From: Somniosus microcephalus
Lineage: Eukaryota
DNA length: 64,000 nucleotides
NCBI GenBank assembly: GCA_052327205.1
Contig: CM126231.1
Span: forward strand, 8,246,001-8,310,000
Direction of reading: 5' to 3'
The position numbers were made by a program, and so were the translations under genes. The notes under the pieces were generated by a model that was not told the origin of the DNA, searched no databases, and was given only the letters and a program-made list of their open reading frames with translations. Within the stretch, counting starts at the first letter, position 1, and each line of letters starts with the position of its first letter. Of the stretch, positions 60,402-64,000 are shown in pieces.

Positions 60402-60668
60402 GGGGGCAATTTTAACCCTACTCGCTCAGCAGAAACCTGGCTGGTGGACAGTTAAAATCGCCCTGGGCTCTTACTGGTCCAAAAGCCGCCATGATCGCAA
60501 CATCTGCAATTTTGACCCACTCTCGAGTAGGCAGCAAGGACACTCGCCCGGAGCCAACAGGGTCCTTCTTTACATAGGCATGTTGCGGCCTGATATTATC
60601 ATCGAAACCCGACTGTAATTTTAACTCGGACGTGAGCGGGGAATCCACCTGAAGTTAAAATTGGGTCC
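60402..60668. mobile_element. Possible small TIR element
   Basis: GGGGCAATTTTAAC ... GTTAAAATTGGGTCC, with internal copies of aattttaac/gttaaaat; no clear TSD. Confidence 0.45.
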
Positions 60669-61119
60669 TTGAATTCAGAAAGGCCAAACTCACTTTCATA
60701 AGAATAGGGTTTCTAATGTAAAGCTGGTGTATTCGGCTTCACAAGTGTGCTGATAATTTCATTTATTTTTTACATATACAGTTTAAACAGACAGGGAATA
60801 AACATTCTACAATTTTTGGTAATAATCCTCAGAACACAACACAATCAACTGTGGTCCCATTCCCAAATACGAGTTCAGAACAGTTAGTCATACACCTAAA
60901 TCCTCTACACAAAGAAGAAATTCGATACACGCATTCATTTCCCCCTCGCCTCCTCACACAGCAGCAAAGTGGCCTTTGGTGATCATAACTATTGTACAAA
61001 AATTGTGCAAATGTAGTGGAGTTGAAGCACTTTGTCTCATCGGTCTGAACATTACCACGATTGCAATCCAAAGACTGAAGGGGGGGGCTGCCAAATAGTA
61101 TGTCCGAATGTGGCACGTT

Positions 61120-61297
61120 TAGAGATTCAATAGTAGCCTTCAAAGGGGGATTGGATAGATGCTTGAAAGAGAGAAGGTTGCAGGGATATGGGGAAAGAGC
61201 GGGGGAGTGGGGCTAACTGGATTGCTCTTCGAAAGAGCCGGCGCAGACTCGATGGGCCGAATGGCCGCCTTCTGTGCTGCACTTTTCTATGATTCTA
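61120..61297 (+). mobile_element. CR1 3' tail
   Basis: agattcaatagtagccttcaaaggggg...gggccgaatggcc...ctatgattcta. Confidence 0.8.
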
Positions 61298-62729
61298 CAA
61301 GGAGCTCTGGAATATGGTCATTTTAAATCTGCCTCATTTACATTCCAAGTCTAAAGCAATTTTGCATGCACCATCCTCTCCTGGTGCCTTGCCATATCTA
61401 TGCAACTGGGGCTGCAGCCAATGCCAGATCACTGTGGCATTAATAACTGCATTCATTGCAAAGTGCAACTTCTGCCCTCTTGCATTGGTGAAACACAAGA
61501 TTAAACAATGGTGCAGCAGGGGGGGGGGGGGGGGGGGGAAGAAAAGTGTTGGACCTAGTGTACAAGTTGCACATCAAAACACACAATGAGGTGATGTATA
61601 CAGCAGATTTTATTTTAACAGTAAATCCCCACACGCATCATTTTCAGGGCCTCTGCACTCATGAACCAACCTCTGACTCACCGTCAGTGCAGGGGGTTGC
61701 TCACATTCACAACAGTGTGACTGTTTTCATGATCCTGACTGGGTCAGCACAGCTAGAGAACAGGAGCAACCAAAGTCCTGTCGCTCTCTCTACAACAAAA
61801 AAACATTTACTCTGGTTTTTTTTCTTGTGTACGGTTCATGTTAGTTTTTTTTTGTTTAGATGGAGTAAACAGGATCCACAGGTGTCTCGAAATGGGTTTG
61901 CAGCATTCAAACTCGCTCAACAAACCACAGTCCCCACGATCCAGTCGGGATATTGTTGGTGGACTGGCAGCCTGGATTGCCTGGCGATTAGCTGTTTGCA
62001 CAGCGAGACTTGGTTTCACTCAGTTACTTCAACTAACTCTCAAGTTAACTGCTGCTCATAAGACATAAGGGTTTTGATGATTTTTCGCGTTTCTGGCTAC
62101 AATGGAAATCTTGAAAGCTGACTATTAATACAGCTTAACGAGAACGTTTCTTATGTCCTAAGAAATCGCTTATTGTGCCAATTGTGGTCAGTGAGCATCA
62201 TTTTGTTTTGATCCTCATGTGCATTCTGCATTTTACACTTTACCGCCACACATACCAGGAGAGTGAGGTAGCCCCCCCACCATCACTGCAGTCACTGTGT
62301 TCCACAAAGCAGAAAGCACCATCAAAGCAGGCCAGATCGTTTTTGATGTCTAACAGACTGGTTCAACCATATCATGCCCCAGGGTAGGGCTGTTTCTAAT
62401 GGGGGGGGGGGGGGGGGGGGGTTGTGGGCAAAACGTGGGCGACTTCTCCCCGTTACAATACAGCACTGTTGCACCCACGGTAATCGGCATGGCTGCGATG
62501 TAATCGAGGCGGTGTTGTGGCATCACCAGTGCTAGCTGCCAGATTGTCTGGCAGGGAGCAAGCTGGGGGGGCGGGGGTCTCGGTCTGTACAGGCTGGGAA
62601 AGCTGCTTCTGCATCGGTGGACAGGCGTTTCCCGAGCAGCGAGGGGGAAGATCTGTACGTGGACACGAGTGGTCACCTTTAAACAATCAGCACTGGGAGT
62701 CTGGCCTGCAGGGCGGATTGCCCAGCGCG

Positions 62730-63130
62730 AGGAATTTAGAAGAATGAGAGTTGATCTTATTGAAACATATAAGATTCTGAGGGAGCTCGACAAAGTAGAT
62801 GCAGAGAGGTTTCCCCTCGTGGGGAAATCTAGAACTCGGGGGCATAGTTTCAGAATAAAGGGTCACCCTTTTAGAACTGAGATGAGGAGGAATTTCTTCT
62901 CTCAGAGGGTCGTAAATCTGTGGAATTCTCTACCCCAGAGAGCTGTGGAGGCTGGGTCATTAAATACATTTAAGGTGGAGATAGACAGATTTTTGCAAGA
63001 TAAGGGAGTGAAGGGTTATGGGGAGCGGGCAAGGAAGTGGCTTTGAGCCCAAGATCAGCCATGATCTTATTGAATGGCGGAGCAGGCTCGAGGGGCCAAG
63101 TGGCCTATTCCTGCTCCTATTTCTTATGTA
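62730..63130 (+). mobile_element. CR1 (HER1-like) 3' fragment
   Basis: C-terminal part of ORF 62669..63046, plus the tail. Confidence 0.92.
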
Positions 63131-64000
63131 GTATGCTCATAAGTCTCTCCGGAAACAGCCCTCTAACATAAAGATGGGTTCAGACATCACTTCACCCAGA
63201 ACACAAAATAATTGCATTTAATTAGCGTTTTTTGCATCAGCTTACGGGGGAAAAAAATTAAAATTAGAAATTAAACTCGACCCAAATGTAAACTGATGGT
63301 TTGTTAAAAAAAAAATATTCTTCGTGCTCTCTGCAGGATTTTGGTACCTTGAGATTGCAGAAAATTACAGCCACCCCCCTTTCCCCTCAGTCTCAAACAC
63401 TGCATGGTGCAAGTTATCCATTGATCTTGTGCGACCCGATAGCAGTCAAAATGAATTACACTTCCAGGCGACATTGCAACCTCAAAGCAATGATCCAACT
63501 GCACACACCACAGCGTGGCACCAGCAGGGCCCACTTTCCCTCTGGAGCTGATCAATGGTGCTGACCCCCACAACCTTTCGGCAGCACCTTGACTAGCGGC
63601 TCGTGCTTCAGTGCTGGAGCAAGGGGAATGGTGGGCGTTCGGTCTAATATGGCGAGTTCGCGGCTCTGGAGGACGCGTTGTGCACGATGCACCTCAGCTC
63701 GCACTGGACCCGGGGAACACGCGCCTGTCTAAACAGGTCGCGCTCACGGCATTTTAACTTTTAACACAAAAAGAGAGACAACTTTTGGAATGCTTGCCCA
63801 ACCCAAGTAACCTAACCCATCAACACCGAAGCATGTCCTATGTCATGTGGCCTGAAGGAGTGTAATCAACGCCTTCAGCCACATGTCAAACGGATACAGA
63901 AGGGAAGACATCGATCCACTTGCGAGTGTCGGCCAGTCTTAATTGTGTTTTATGTTAACGAGACACAGCTTGGGGAGGCAGAGGGTGTATTATTCCATCT

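Noticed and set aside
63580-63760. CpG-rich patch with a YY1-like aatatggcg as a promoter
   Set aside because: It is too short, has a single motif and has no associated exon.
42700-64000. Coding exons of GFPT1 or another neighbouring gene
   Set aside because: I looked by eye for the GFPT C-terminus (VDFPRNLAKSVTVE) and other recognisable peptides and found none. Small exons could have been missed.

Overview
This is eukaryotic, repeat-rich DNA from a cartilaginous fish, most likely a shark. That assignment is inferred from the HER1/CR1 LINEs, Deu-domain SacSINE1-like SINEs and Penelope-like elements, all recognised by eye without a database search. The only host gene I can support is the 3' end of ANTXR1 (anthrax toxin receptor 1/TEM8, or a close paralogue) on the + strand. 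It comprises an 81-nt penultimate coding exon (2665-2745), a ~36.4-kb intron and the terminal proline-rich exon (39144-39419). The remainder is heavily nested mobile DNA: at least three CR1 subfamilies, a second CR1-group LINE, L2, RTE, two SINE families, Penelope fragments and several TIR MITE families, plus a 30-bp G-rich minisatellite and a 44-bp tandem array. The most interesting signals are: (1) an internally deleted bipartite RTE whose two ends are fused in frame at a GACAGA microhomology; (2) minimal hammerhead ribozyme motifs in the Penelope remnants, one split at its cleavage site by a DNA transposon; (3) TA-TSD MITEs carrying and amplifying an RFX X-box-like palindrome; (4) a weak ANTXR1 splice donor with a possible ANTXR2-like read-through tail; (5) fold-back and inverted insertions that would form long hairpins in the pre-mRNA. 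I found no evidence for a new protein-coding system. Repeat boundaries are approximate unless a TSD is given.
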